Origin: Octopus bimaculoides
Lineage: Eukaryota
DNA length: 64,000 nt
Direction: 5' to 3'
Assembly (NCBI RefSeq): GCF_001194135.2
Contig: NC_068986.1
Location: 72,142,030 to 72,206,029, forward strand
Numbering within the stretch: the first letter of the stretch is position 1; each line of letters opens with the position of its first letter. Made by a program: the position numbers and the translations under genes. The notes beneath the pieces were generated by a model. That model searched no databases, was not told the origin of the DNA, and was given only the letters and a program-made list of their open reading frames with translations. Shown here in pieces: positions 12,286-24,700 of the stretch.

Positions 12286-13448
12286 TATGTACGTATTTGT
12301 ATGTATGCATGTATGATATATGTACATACTATATGTCTACTTGTGTAATTTAATTTCTGTTGATTCTCCAAAAAGCAATAAATTACAAATTCAGTGCGTA
12401 AATGTAGAGTATTCTTTAAGAAATTTTAACTGAATTGCTTTAAATGCCAGCACTTCAGGTTTCTCCACTCTTTCAGTTGACATCTTAAATCATCGAATAT
12501 TTACATACATTTTAAAATATCATATGAAAACTATCGGGGAAAGCTTATCGCAATTTTTTTTTAAATGTCATCTGAATGATGTTTATAAGAACGACTCTAT
12601 CATGATCACTTTCTCCGTCTCCTTCCTGGTTATTGTAATACAAAAATTTTCTAAACGTCTTCAAGCTTTTTAATTAAAGTTGCATACAGCTATAAAATTA
12701 TTCTTTTATGGAATTTCTCTTGCTGTTTAAAACATTTTTGAAACACACGTCTGAAAAATATTGCTAATTCAAAATAAACTTCTTTCCGGAACCAGGCCGA
12801 AAATCATAAAAGCTGGTACAAACACAAAGATGTTTAGCTTTCATGAACACAAGGTGCTTACAGTTCTGTTCTTTTGATCATATCATTAATGCCCTGGAAG
12901 GAAATTCCCAGTTTTCTCGCTCAAAGTTCACACATTTTTTGATTTAAGGTTACTATTCATAAAGGCTTGTGTTGTATGCATAAGCGACTATGTAATTTTT
13001 TATTTAGTGAAGACTTGTTTCTCGTAAAAACCATCTAAAATTAGACGAAGTCAAAGCGCAATTATATAGGGTTGATAAATGAATTATGTTTATAGTATCA
13101 ATTTTTTAATGTCAATTCTTTTGCCCCAGTTTCTACTTGATTCATACTTACTATTGTTGTCTATTGCGTTGTATATAACTAACTTTGCTACACATTTACC
13201 ATCTGGTAGGTATTTTTACGAATACTACAATTATATGATTGATGTGGATTAGATATTCGCCTATCAGTTTCATTCAGCTTTGTAGTATTATAACCTCTGC
13301 TTAACAACCAAAATTTTCAAAGCTGAATAACTAACCTTAACACTGTTTTTATTTAATATCTTACTATACTTATGTCTCGGGGAAAAAATAATAATTTATC
13401 AAATTATAAAATTTCTTAGCTATATTTGTTATATCCTAAAATGTTCTT

Positions 13449-13466
13449 TTTATTATTATTATTATA

Positions 13467-13536
<70 letters not shown>
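13449..13536. repeat. (TTA)n microsatellite
   Basis: Direct observation. Confidence 0.97.
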
Positions 13537-13537
<1 letters not shown>

Positions 13538-13540
13538 CGC

Positions 13541-13750
13541 TAAGGCGGGTGAGATGGCAGAATCGTTAGCATGCCGGACAAAATGCTTAGCAGCATTTCG
13601 TCTGTCTTTACGGTCTTAGTTCAAATTCTGCCAAGGTCGACTTTGCCTTTCATCCTTTCGACGTCGATAAAATAAGTATCAGTTGAATAATGGGGTCGAT
13701 TTAATCGACTTATCTCCTCCCCCGAAATTGTGCCAAAATTTGAAACCATA
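13541..13750 (+). mobile_element. SINE family B copy preceded by (TTA)n
   Basis: taaggcgggtgagatggcagaatcgttagcatgccggacaaaatgcttagc...ttgcctttcatcctttcgacgtcgataaaataagta. Confidence 0.85.
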
Positions 13751-13831
13751 TTGCTACATTTTTCGATTTTCCTTTCATATCTTGTCGGAGTATTCATTGT
13801 TTCTCTGTGTGCGTGTATGCATGTGTATGTG

Positions 13832-13871
<40 letters not shown>

Positions 13872-14019
13872 TGTGTGTGTGTGTGCGCGCGTGTTTGTGA
13901 ATGTATGTATATACATAAACACACATATGCATACTTGTATGTATATGTATAATTACATATACATACACACACACACATACATACACACACGTATATATAT
14001 GCATACATATGCGCATGTC

Positions 14020-14245
14020 TACACATGCAACTATATGCATGAGAATACATGCATAAAACAAAACATACAAATCAGCACATGCACTGACTTCAAATGCTGC
14101 ACATATACACATACATACATGCAAAAATACCTTGTTGATGTCGTTGAAATTCCAATGAATCGAGCCTTACATCTAGGTTAGAAACAGGCTCCTTCTCTAT
14201 TGGCCAGAAATCTTGAAATAAAACTGAATAATGACATACATGCAT
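14020..14245 (+). repeat. Copy of the 3' UTR-like segment seen at 56900-57090
   Basis: ttgttgatgtcgttgaaattccaatgaatcgagccttacatctaggttagaaacaggctccttctctattggccagaaatcttgaaataaa, closely similar to 56998-57085. Confidence 0.75.
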
Positions 14246-14269
14246 GCAATCATATGGAAAATATACACA

Positions 14270-17075
14270 CAGGGGTGCCCGAGAATGAGGGACTAAGAAC
14301 ACCTCAGTTAGACGAGCGCAAAGATAACGAAACAGAACAGAAGATTAGCAGGAAAGAATGAACTATGGAAAATTCAGTGCATTTTCAGTGAGACTTGCAT
14401 GAACATAAAGGTCTTAAAGATTCACTTTAAAACAGGATGTTTGATAGTGGAAGTGGTGACAGCGCACAAAAATACCCGGTGAGTTGACGGAGGAGCCAGG
14501 CCTAGAGACAAACAACAGATCCCAGAGACTCCCTCTGTCACCCACTGTGGTTGCCAGTGATCTACTGGCTGATCCATAGGTTAATTGCGATCAACCGGCC
14601 CAATCAAGGACCAAGTGGTTCCGTTCATCAAAGAAATTTGAATGGTAACAATTCGACGAAGATGTTGAGTGAATATTGGAAAGAACTGCTTGAGGAGATT
14701 TGTAGCACTGGCTGGAAACTCTGGCTAGCATCATAGTGAACTTTGCAGCTGGGTGTGTTGGGAGAGGGGAGGGCATGTCCATACCAACAGTCTATGTGCC
14801 AAACCACAGGTTAAAAAAAATCCAGCATCTCAGGAAAGAACTTAAGTCTCTCAGAAAGCAGCACATGGAATTAGAAGTGGTTGAAAAAGTTGGCACGGCT
14901 AATCTTCGGTTAATCCTCAGGAAGGAGTTTCTAATGTTGACGAAAACAGACACCCATAGGAGACAAATGAAGAGAATAAGGAAGAGAACTGCATTCCTGG
15001 TTAACCGCTACCGATTGATAAAGCAGCTCTTCGATTAGGAGAGGGCTGGTCGATTGACCTGTTCCAAGGATGCCATAAACGAGCACCTTACGAGTATTTA
15101 CAGCAACAATAAGAGACTAACCACTGGTCTCATACAAGGTACTTAGACAAAGATGTAATTCAACTTGAAGGAGCTTTCCTTGACTCGGCTCCAAGTCCAA
15201 GTGGAATCCCATACAAGGTCTAGAAGAACTGTTCAAAGTTACTCCATCAGCTTTGGAAGACCCTGAAGGTGAGTGAATGTTACCCAGTCATGGAGATATG
15301 ATGAAGGGATATATATACCCAAAGAGGGGAGATCTAAGAATATCGACCAATTTTGCGTCATCTTCAGCATTATGTCCAACAGATCGACCTTCTACTGAGC
15401 AATCGACACGTCAGTACAGAAGGAAAGTATACCAAGACACTCTACCAGCTTTGAATTCACTGATGTAGTGACACAGCTCATCGTGGAGATATGGCAGAGA
15501 ATGTCACCAACAAGTTCTGCTTCAATATAGAGGAAGATCAGAGCCCGTCTGTTGCAGAAAAACCAGTGAGAAATCTCGGTAAAATCTTCAACTTCAGTCT
15601 GAAGGAAATGACTTCATCAATGTGACCAGAGCAGTCCTAGAAACCTGGTTGAGAGTCGTGGACAAGTCTGGAGTATAGGAAAATTCAGGGCTTGGGTTTA
15701 TCAGCATTGGCTACTCCCCAAAATACTTTGACTTTCGCAAGTCTGTAAAGTTCCCATTACTATAATAGAGGGTTTCAAGCGCATAGCGCATAGCGAGTAG
15801 CCATCTGCGCAGACGTTGGGTTTGCCTCGATTTCGAGCAGTATTGCACTTTATTGAAGCAGCAACTAGCTCAGGTTTCTATTCGCTTCTGTCAGGGAAGA
15901 ATTAATGGCGTCGCGAATACGAGAACACCCGCAGTACACCAGTTCCAGGGACACCAAAATGCCTGATGCAATGATTTTTCATTGAGGACAGAGAATAAGA
16001 AGGCAGAAAAGGCAGACCAGCATGTAGTGGAGCAGCTGAAGTAGAAAGGCCTCCTTGGGAGTGTGTCAAGAGTAGGACTAGATTCTGAAGCTCCGCAACA
16101 CATTATGACACAGCTTGCAAGAAGCGATTGTAGTTCATGCAAAAGGAGGTGCAAGAATTAGTAGAGGAAGAGCGAACAAGTAGAGTAGTGTGAATATGGA
16201 AAGGGGGTGCCTGGAGGAAACCGAAACAGGTGATGGAACGAGATATCACGTGAAAAAGCATCTGGAAGCGGGACCCACAGAAAATCAAGCTATGATGTCT
16301 TCTCCAGCCCATCTAATCTAGTTATATAGGGTTCAGTGGACACACTTGTAAGTCATCAATATTCTAAGAAAGGTAATTTTGAGCACATCTTTTGCAGCTC
16401 CTCCAAGGAACATGTCCTATATATTCTGAGAAAGGTAATCTTAAGCACATCTTGAGCAGCTCTTCTGGGCGAACGATGCTATCGCTGTAGACATGATCAG
16501 ATCTTCAAGATCATCACTAAACCAATCAGTAATAGGGATTAGTAACGGTAAAAATGACGCAAGTACAGCCTTTGTGAAGTGGGGAGAGAAGTCAACAAAA
16601 AACCCTAGAACAGTTCTAAGGGATTACTTTCCACAGCACGAGACTGGATGGTGGAAATTGATCTGAAGAAACAGCTAGTTTCCAGTGTGCATCACTAGGA
16701 CCTTACTAAGACTAGATCTCAGTTTGGTTTCCATAGTAACAAATTAGGTAGTCATTCTTTGTGCTCTCGGAGAGCAAAATTTTTGCAGGTGGAGGCTGGC
16801 AGTGGAAGGTTAGCAGGTTGTATTCTGAGTAAGGCCAATGGATCTCTGAGCATACCTGAAGCTTACAGAAGAGTCATCAAGAACAATTTAAGAGCTGAAC
16901 AATGTGTAAGTGTCTACATGGCTCTAACTGAAAGGAGCTGATTGGCAGGATCAGTAGAATGTCACTTGGACACAACCTAGGTAGGGTAACCTGGATGAAT
17001 ATCTATGTTGTAAGAACCGAAACACCCGGTGACTCCAGTATACAATACCAAGAAGCATTCCACCTGAAAATGTAC
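14270..17075 (+). mobile_element. HERO-like (R2 group) non-LTR retrotransposon relic with most of the RT core deleted
   Basis: N-terminal C2H2-like GLKIH..TGC (~14410); NHRLKKIQHLRKELKSLRKQH...; WRY.EGIYIPK (~15290); EKPV..LGKIF; VDKSG..GKFRAWVYQH; EHIL.S zinc knuckle; 3' UTR ccgaaacacccggtgactccag typical of HERO elements (recalled). Confidence 0.78.
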
Positions 17076-17079
17076 ACAA

Positions 17080-17120
<41 letters not shown>

Positions 17121-18514
17121 NNNNNNNNNNNNNNNNNNNNNNNNNNNNNNNNNNNNNNNNNNNNNNNNNNNNNNNNNNNNNNNNNNNNNNNNNNNNNNNN
17201 NNNNNNNNNNNNNNNNNNNNNNNNNNNNNNNNNNNNNNNNNNNNNNNNNNNATATATATATTAAAAGGTTTGGAGGTGATGTACAGGTATTATATATTAG
17301 GAAAAATAAGGTACTCAGTATACAAGTTTTTAAAATTTCATGAGACATTTTAGAAAGACTCAGTAATTTTTCATACTATATTTGTTACCGTCTTTTGACA
17401 CTATGCAGACACTGTTCCCGAATTTGTTTGTCTATCGATTATACCGAAACATTTTTTGAATCCCCTCTTATTGTCGTGATTCTTGATAATATATACGCAA
17501 ATAAAACTCTATCCAGTGTTTTGTTTGTCTAAATCATTTGTATTGTTTGTTATCGTAAAAATCAAATATAAAAAGATAATTATGCTTTCGACATTTTACT
17601 GAAATATCTAAATGAATAATTACACTGGTAAAAATTTTGGGGGACATGCTGAATTATTGTATGTGAGTGTATGTACATCTGCGCATGCGCACACACACAC
17701 ATGCACGTGTGAGAGAGAGAGAGAGAGAGAGAGGAAAAGAGAGTATGTTAATAATTGGTGTTGTTATTTTAAAGAAATTTCAAGAATAACAATTAGAATT
17801 GTAAGATTTAGCAAAAGGTAAGATTTCCCAATTGGTCTTAAAAGCAATAATAGAGATTTTTAAAACTCTGATATAAAGATTTTCCGACGTTTTAATGGAA
17901 TATTTGAATAAATAATTATACCAGTGAAGTCTTTCTTTGAACATGCTGGCAATATGTACATGTATGCACGCACATACACACACGCATGTGTGTGTGTGTA
18001 ATTATATATATAAACATATATATAGATATATATACATAATACATACATGCATACATACATACATACATACATACATACATACATACATACATACATACAT
18101 ACATACATGCTTACAAAGATAAAAGCACACAAAATTAAACGAGTAAGATTATGAGGCAGAGAAAGGACAAACGAAAAATTTTCATAAAGTCAGAGAAGCG
18201 AAACAGGTTATTGGAAAACCGTAGAAAAGTGGAACGAACCGATAGCAGTGAAAGAAATGTACTGTGGAAGAAACAGAAGAGTCTATAACACTTTAGGTAA
18301 TATTCTTTATCAAAGTGAAGGAAAAGGAATAAGAGACGACAGAGAAAAGAAAAAAACAAACGACATCAAATTTACTACGTCTATATACAGGATAGGGCCT
18401 GTAATGCGTAAAATGGATGTTGGGAGTGGAGATATAATGTAGATCATATAGAGAGTAGGTGGTGAGAGGGAGAGTGATTAAAAAGAAAATATAATGCATA
18501 GTCCAAAATTCCAT

Positions 18515-18820
18515 CTTCATAACCAACTACTTGACAGAGATGAACATCAAAACAGTCCAAACTTTGCTTCCTTTCCAAGCTGAAGGAGAACCTCAGGGGC
18601 AGTCGTTTTAAAGATACTGAGAAGATGAAGGAGGTTGTGACTATGGTCCTGGAAACCGTCCCTTTCAGAACTTCTATGGTGCCTTCACGAAGTGGCTGGA
18701 GCGCTACAAGTGCACTGGAGTTAGTGGCTCTTACTTTGAAGGAGATTAGTTTTGTACTTCTTATAAATTAATAGATGTCTTTCCTGCAAAGATTTCAAAT
18801 GTTCTCGAATGCACCTGGTA
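18515..18820 (+). mobile_element. Mariner 3' fragment with right TIR
   Basis: FPKLKENLRGSRFKDTEKMKEVVT...AFTKWLERY...SYFEGD*; ends ...ctcgaatgcacctggTA. Confidence 0.8.
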
Positions 18821-18878
18821 GCGTATATATCCGCGTATATGAACTTCTTGTGCGTGTGTGTGTGTGTGTATGTATGTA

Positions 18879-18909
<31 letters not shown>

Positions 18910-19908
18910 CTGTGTGTGTAATGTTATAATAAAAAAACACAAGTTTTATGAAATACAGCTACCCAGAGAAACTCTGGGCAGCTGTATTTCGCAAGACTTG
19001 TTTTTATTATAACATTTTTACTCTTTTAACTGGTCGAGTGCTATTCTACTTTGTTGAAGCCTAAACGCCGGAGTTTTAATGGTGGCAGCTGATGAAGGGG
19101 ATGTTTCTATGTGGCCTGCTTGTTTGTTGCACCTTGTTTACCATTTTTGTCCTTGTTCTTTTGCCACGTCATGTACCCAGTTATGTATCTATATGTACAT
19201 GTGGATGAACGTATATACATATATGTACATATATATGCATATACTCATATATTGTTTATATATATATTTATATATATATATATATATATATATACGTTCC
19301 ACATGTGCAGTATTTGTATGTCATAAAGATAACGATATACATATGTGTTTGTATGTGCGTGTGCATGCGTCTGAACATGAATATATGTATGCAACCATGT
19401 ATAAGTGCATTTATATATGTGGGTATACATACTGATATGTGTATGTTATTATATTTGTATGTTTATGTAATTAAATTTACACGCAAGTGTGTGTTAAATT
19501 GTGTGTATAAATATATGTACTTTTATGGGTTTTTTATTTCTTTGTCCTTAGTCGACAGGCGAGTGTATATGTGTGTGCGTGTATGGGATTTTACGTTGGT
19601 GGGGCGTTACAAGGCCCGACATTCAGCAAGAATACTGGTAACATGAATACATATATACATAAATACATACACACATACATATATATATATAAACATGCAT
19701 ATACATACATGTATATAAATGCAAATACATACATAGAAAAACGCGTGCGCACTCACACACACACACACACATAAAAGCACCCAGTACATTAAAAGTGTTT
19801 GTAAGCAGTCTAAGCAGTGACAACAGAGGGTTTGAGAGAGATCTTTAGTTTTGTTGATGGCAAGATAACGTGTATAGCGCTGGTTCCACAAAAAATGCAC
19901 CTTGTATG

Positions 19909-20565
19909 TACAAGGTGTGTTCAAAAAGTATCCGACTTTATTTTCTTTCGCCAAAACTAATGACGCGTGGACAAAATCCTACGGGTGGGAGGTGACGCTA
20001 ACTCTTCCTGCATTGTGTAAAAATTTTCGCGTCGGTAGGCTGCATCAGTTTCAGACTGTTACGTGTAGAGCGCGCATGTCAGACTTTCGTCTTCACCCAA
20101 CGCATTGAGCAGGGATATTGCATCAAGTTTTGCCAAAAGCTTGATGATGCTCAAGCTCAAACCATCCAGAAGATTCAGCAGGGCTTTGGGCGATGATGCC
20201 ATGGGTAAAACTCAAATCTAGGAGCGGTACAACCAATTCAAACAATGACGTACTGCAGTGGAGAGCGAGGCACGATCAGGCGGGCCGTCCACAGGCTAAA
20301 ACGAGGAAACGATTGCGTTAGTTCGGCGAATAGTCGTGCAACAATTCAGAAAATTGCTCACGAAGTGGGAATAAGCATAAGGTGAGTGCATTCCATTTTG
20401 AGGAGGATTTGTGTATGTGGAGAGTGTCGGCGAAATTCGTCCCCAAGGTGCAGGCAGAGCAGCAGAAGCAACTCTGCATGGAAATCCCTCAGGACATGCA
20501 GGACTGTAAACCACAACCCAGGCTTCACGAAGACCATCATTACTGGTGATGAGACATAAGTTTAT
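19909..20565 (+). mobile_element. Mariner 5' half (left TIR to the first catalytic motif), disrupted
   Basis: TA CAAGGTGTGTTCAAAAAGTATCCGACT TIR; IEQ..CIKFCQKL, SGGPST, SAKFVPK, TIITGDET*VY. Confidence 0.85.
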
Positions 20566-21165
20566 TACTTCTGCTCGATGCGTTCGGTCTTCTTGCGTGA
20601 AAACGAAAATCCAACGAGCGCACACTACACGTATGTACTCTAAGCGTAACAGCCAGAAAATGATGCGGCCTACCGGTGCTAAAATTTTCAAGCATGCGCA
20701 GGAAAGGAGTTAATGAGAAAGAGTTACACAGATAAAATATTGAGTATGAGAAGTGGAGGTGCAATGGCCCAGTGGTTAGGGCAGCGGACTCGCGGTCATA
20801 AGATCGTGGTTTCAATTCCCAGACTGGGCGTTGTGAGTGTTTATTGAGCGAAAACACCTAAAGCTCCACAAGGTTCCGGCAGGGGATGGTGGCGAACCCT
20901 GCTGTACTCTTTCACCACAACTTTCATTCTTTCTTCCTGTTTCTGTTGTACCTGTATTTCAAAGGGGCCAACTTTGTCATGCTGTGTCACACTGAATATC
21001 CCACCGAGAACTACGTTAAGGGTACACGTGTCTGTGGAGTGCTCAGTCATTTGCACGTTAATTTCACGAGCAGGCTGTTCCGTTGATTGGATCAACTCGA
21101 ACCTTCAACGTCGTAAGCGACGGAGTGCCAACCCTGAGTTTGAGATGTAGTGCCACCCGACTAAC
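20566..21165 (-). mobile_element. 5' portion of a related mariner in opposite orientation, interrupted by SINE C
   Basis: The reverse complement of 20570-20715 aligns to 20000-20115 (taactc..ttcctgc..aaaatttt..cggtagg.tgcatca.ttt..gactgttacg..tagag; aacgcatcgagcag). Confidence 0.65.
20752..21132 (+). mobile_element. tRNA-derived SINE family C, full-length copy
   Basis: Head agtggaggtgcaatggcccagtggttagggcagcggactcgcggtc...gtttcaattccc; tail cgtcgtaagcgacggagtgccaac. Reverse complement of 36418-36809. Confidence 0.88.
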
Positions 21166-21503
21166 CTACATTATAGGTATGTGTTTGTAAAGTGCTGTGG
21201 AAAGTGTAGATGAAAATGGGTAATGGAAGGGAAATGGAAAGGAAAAGGAAAAGCAGTGAAAGAGGTTCAGAATTATAAACGCCCTGGGCAGTGAGTTGTT
21301 TATATGGATGTTCACATTCCTTGATTTGTTTCAGTCGTTTGAGCTCGAGCACCAGGAAAATAAGCTTGCTTTTCAATTCACATAATGCTTATGTACATTT
21401 ATAAATTAACACATGTATAGGTACGTATATACAAATTAATGCATATGTAAATCTGAATGCCATGCTGTATTTATGTATGTAGTTGTATGTATGTGTGTAT
21501 GTA

Positions 21504-21542
<39 letters not shown>

Positions 21543-22744
21543 NNNNNNNNNNNNNNNNNNNNNNNNNNNNNNNNNNNNNNNNNNNNNNNNNNNNNNNNNN
21601 NNNNNNNNNNNNNNNNNNNNNNNNNNNNNNNNNNNNNNNNNNNNNNNNNNNNNNNNNNNNNNNNNNNNNNNNNNNNNNNNNNNNNNNNNNNNNNNNNNNN
21701 NNNNNNNNNNNNNNNNNNNNNNNNNNNNNNNNNNNNNNNNNNNNNNNNNNNNNNNNNNNNNNNNNNNNNNNNNNNNNNNNNNNNNNNNNNNNNNNNNNNN
21801 NNNNNNNNNNNNNNNNNNNNNNNNNNNNNNNNNNNNNNNNNNNNNNNNNNNNNNNNNNNNNNNNNNNNNNNNNNNNNNNNNNNNNNNNNNNNNNNNNNNN
21901 NNNNNNNNNNNNNNNNNNNNNNNNNNNNNNNNNNNNNNNNNNNNNNNNNNNNNNNNNNNNNNNNNNNNNNNNNNNNNNNNNNNNNNNNNNNNNNNNNNNN
22001 NNNNNNNNNNNNNNNNNNNNNNNNNNNNNNNNNNNNNNNNNNNNNNNNNNNNNNNNNNNNNNNNNNNNNNNNNNNNNNNNNNNNNNNNNNNNNNNNNNNN
22101 NNNNNNNNNNNNNNNNNNNNNNNNNNNGGTTCAGAATTATAAACGCCCTGGGCAGTGAGTTGTTTATATGGATGTTCACATTCCTTGATTTGTTTCAGTC
22201 GTTTGAGCTCGAGCACCAGGAAAATAAGCTTGCTTTTCAATTCACATAATGCTTATGTACATTTATAAATTAACACATGTATAGGTACGTATATACAAAT
22301 TAATGCATATGTAAATCTGAATGCCATGCTGTATTTATGTATGTAGTTGTATGTATGTGTGTATGTGTAAAGTAACAGTTTTATAAAAAAAAACCCATTG
22401 GTTTCATATCTAGCGTGGACTAGACATATTTTCAGTTTCTCTACATGATAACTGCTCTCTGCAAAGAATGTTTTTTTAAAAACATAAGAACGCTGGTGAT
22501 AGTTGAAGAAATATTCCTCTGAAAAAATTATGGCTGGGCAAGTTGTCTTCCTTTGCTTGATAGCTAGGTTTTCCAATTTTGAAGTAAAAATTTCCAAAAA
22601 TGTGGACAACTCCCCACAGCTTCTGTCCTGGAGTTCAGGTAGCCTCCTGGCTCATGTGAGTTCATGAGGATTATATATTTTTCTGCCATATACAATTTAC
22701 ATAGTCTTGTTCCATTGCGAGAGGGTCCACAAGTTTCTAGTAAT

Positions 22745-23040
22745 GAGGGTTCCAGTTGATCCGATCAACAGAACAGTCTGCTCATGAAATTAACATGCAA
22801 GTGGCTGAGCATTCCACAAACATGTGTACCCTCAACATAGTTCTCAGAGAGATTCGCCGTGACACAGAGTATGACAAGGCTGGCCCTTTGAAATACAGGT
22901 ACAACTCATTTTTGCCAGCTGAGTGGACTGGAGCAATGTGAAATAAAGTGTCTTGCTCAAGGACACATGTCACCAGGAATTGAACTTATGACCTTGCAAT
23001 CATGAGCCAAATACCCTAACCAGGAAGCCGTGCACCTTCA
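22745..23040 (-). mobile_element. SINE family C variant (different middle segment, same 3' tail)
   Basis: Shares gagggttccagttgatcc.atcaacagaacag..tgctc.tgaaattaac with 36418; carries ctcatttttgccagctgagtggactggagcaa in the middle. Confidence 0.8.
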
Positions 23041-23082
23041 CTTATATATATGCGTGTGTGTGAATATATATATATATATATA

Positions 23083-23285
23083 TATATATAGGGCTCAATG
23101 ATTGTAAGATTTTGGTTTCAGTTCCCTGATAAGTCAATGCATTGGTGTTATTGAGCAAAAGCACCTTATTTCCTGTTGCTCCAGTCCACTTAGTTGGCAA
23201 AAGTTGCAAGATTACAATCCTGCAACAGACCAGTGTGCCATCCAGCGAAGAATATATATACCACAGAATCCAGGAGACTGGTCTT
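23083..23285 (+). mobile_element. SINE family C variant, degenerate copy
   Basis: ttgagcaaaagcaccttatttcctgttgctccagtccacttagttggcaaaa...cctgcaacagaccagtgtgccatccag. Confidence 0.65.
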
Positions 23286-23309
23286 ATGCATATATACGTG
23301 TGTGTGTGT

Positions 23310-23548
23310 GTGTGTGTGTGTATGCATATATGTGTATGTCTTTGTTTGTCCTTCCACCACTTGACAACTGCTGTTGGTTTGCTTGCATCCCTGTAACTTA
23401 GCAGTTCAATCAAAGAGCCCAAAAGAATAAGTACAAGACTTTTTAAAAAATAAATACTAAGGTCAATTCACTCAATGAAACCCTTCAAGGCAGTGCCCTA
23501 GCATGGCTGCAGTCCAATAACTGAAACAAATAAAGAATAAAAGACAAA
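23310..23548 (+). mobile_element. SINE family A, 3' half
   Basis: ccaccacttgacaactgctgttgg...ccctgtaacttagcagttc...agcatggctgcagtccaataactgaaacaaataaagaataaaag. Confidence 0.75.
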
Positions 23549-23600
23549 AGACAAGTAATTTTTAAAGAGAAGAAAGTATTATTCACATGTTACATAACCA

Positions 23601-23945
23601 TTTATTCATACAGGCATGTTAGAATAAATTTGGTTGAATAAAATATAATTTCAAAAATATAAGCATCCAAATATGAAACTGTCTAGATATTTTTAGTTGA
23701 AATTTTATTCAAGTAATTATTAACAATAAAGCACAATTTTAAATTAAAAGCAGTACATCATATAAAAGGCATATTTGATACAAATTTACCATTAATAAAT
23801 GAATGCAGGTTTTAATTAGCATTGTCTTCAAATTATGCATTTCTGCAAGTCATTGTATTCTCTCTTATGTTTTGAGACTTTTAAACAGCAAATATATTTT
23901 TCATTTCAAATTGAACACTACAAATATGTTAATAAAAAAATCTCT
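23601..23945 (-). other. Putative TM2D2 3' UTR with candidate AATAAA signals at 23709-23704 and 23606-23601
   Basis: AT-rich unique sequence directly after the stop codon; tttatt on the + strand at 23704 and 23601. The true cleavage site cannot be determined from DNA. Confidence 0.55.
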
Positions 23946-24070
23946 TCAGTAATAGGGAACCCAACTGCTGCCATCTTCAGGCTTTAAAGATCCAGTAATC
24001 AAAAGAATAATGTCAACAATCCACCAGATGCCTATTCCACCAAGCGTCAGTAATTTACCAACAGCAGTTC
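23946..24070 (-). CDS. TM2D2: TM2D2-like gene, terminal coding exon including stop codon
   Basis: Acceptor ttatttgcag|GA, 125 nt (2 nt + 41 codons). Translation (G)[40 protein letters not shown] closely matches the TM2D2 C-terminus [31 protein letters not shown] (recalled). Confidence 0.95.
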
Positions 24071-24244
24071 CTGCAAATAAATATAAAATTTAATATTAAA
24101 TGTGAAAATAATAAAAAGTTTTTTAATTTGTGTCTGATTATATATTTATACATACATGCATGCACGCATGCACACACACATGCACGCATGCACACACACA
24201 TGCACGCACGCACGTATGTATATACGTACGTATGTATAACATTA

Positions 24245-24700
24245 TCATTTAGCATCCATTTTCCATGCTGGTATGGGTAAGATACTATGACATGGTTTGG
24301 TCTGTTTTGGCATGGTTTCTACAGCTAGATGCTCTTCCTAATGCTAACCACTCCTCAGAGTATACTCGGCATTTTTTATATATCACTGACCTGGGTGCCT
24401 TTTATGTGTCACCAGTATGGGTACTTTTTGTGTCACCAACATGGGTTCCTTTCACATGTCACCAACACTAGCCATGACTATGATTTCACTTAGCTTGGTG
24501 TGTCTTCTCAAGCACAGCAAATTGTGAAAAGTCTCAGTCGTTTGTCATCGCCTCCATGAAACTCAACATCCAAACATCGTATTTCTCCACCTTGTCTTCC
24601 TGAGTCTACCTCTTCCACAGATTGTCTTCACAGTTAAAGATCAACACTTCTTTACACAGCTGTACTCGATCGCATGCATCACATGTCGAAACCAGTGCAG
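24245..24700 (-). mobile_element. RTE 3' end/UTR fragment
   Basis: catccattttccatgctggtatggg...ggcatggtttctacagctagatgctcttcctaatgctaaccac; the same motif occurs at 35725, 46520, 48200, 57590 and 61078. Confidence 0.7.

Noticed and set aside
13621-14181. His/Thr/Tyr/Ile/Val/Cys-rich ORFs (also at 5174-5602, 17860-18132, 19079-19823, 25665-26321, 31592-31985, 37169-37976, 57041-57369)
   Set aside because: They are translations of (CA)n, (TA)n and (TACA)n microsatellites and have no coding signal.
21389-22249. Long ORFs of 233-283 aa
   Set aside because: Created by the N gap and the duplicated contig end.
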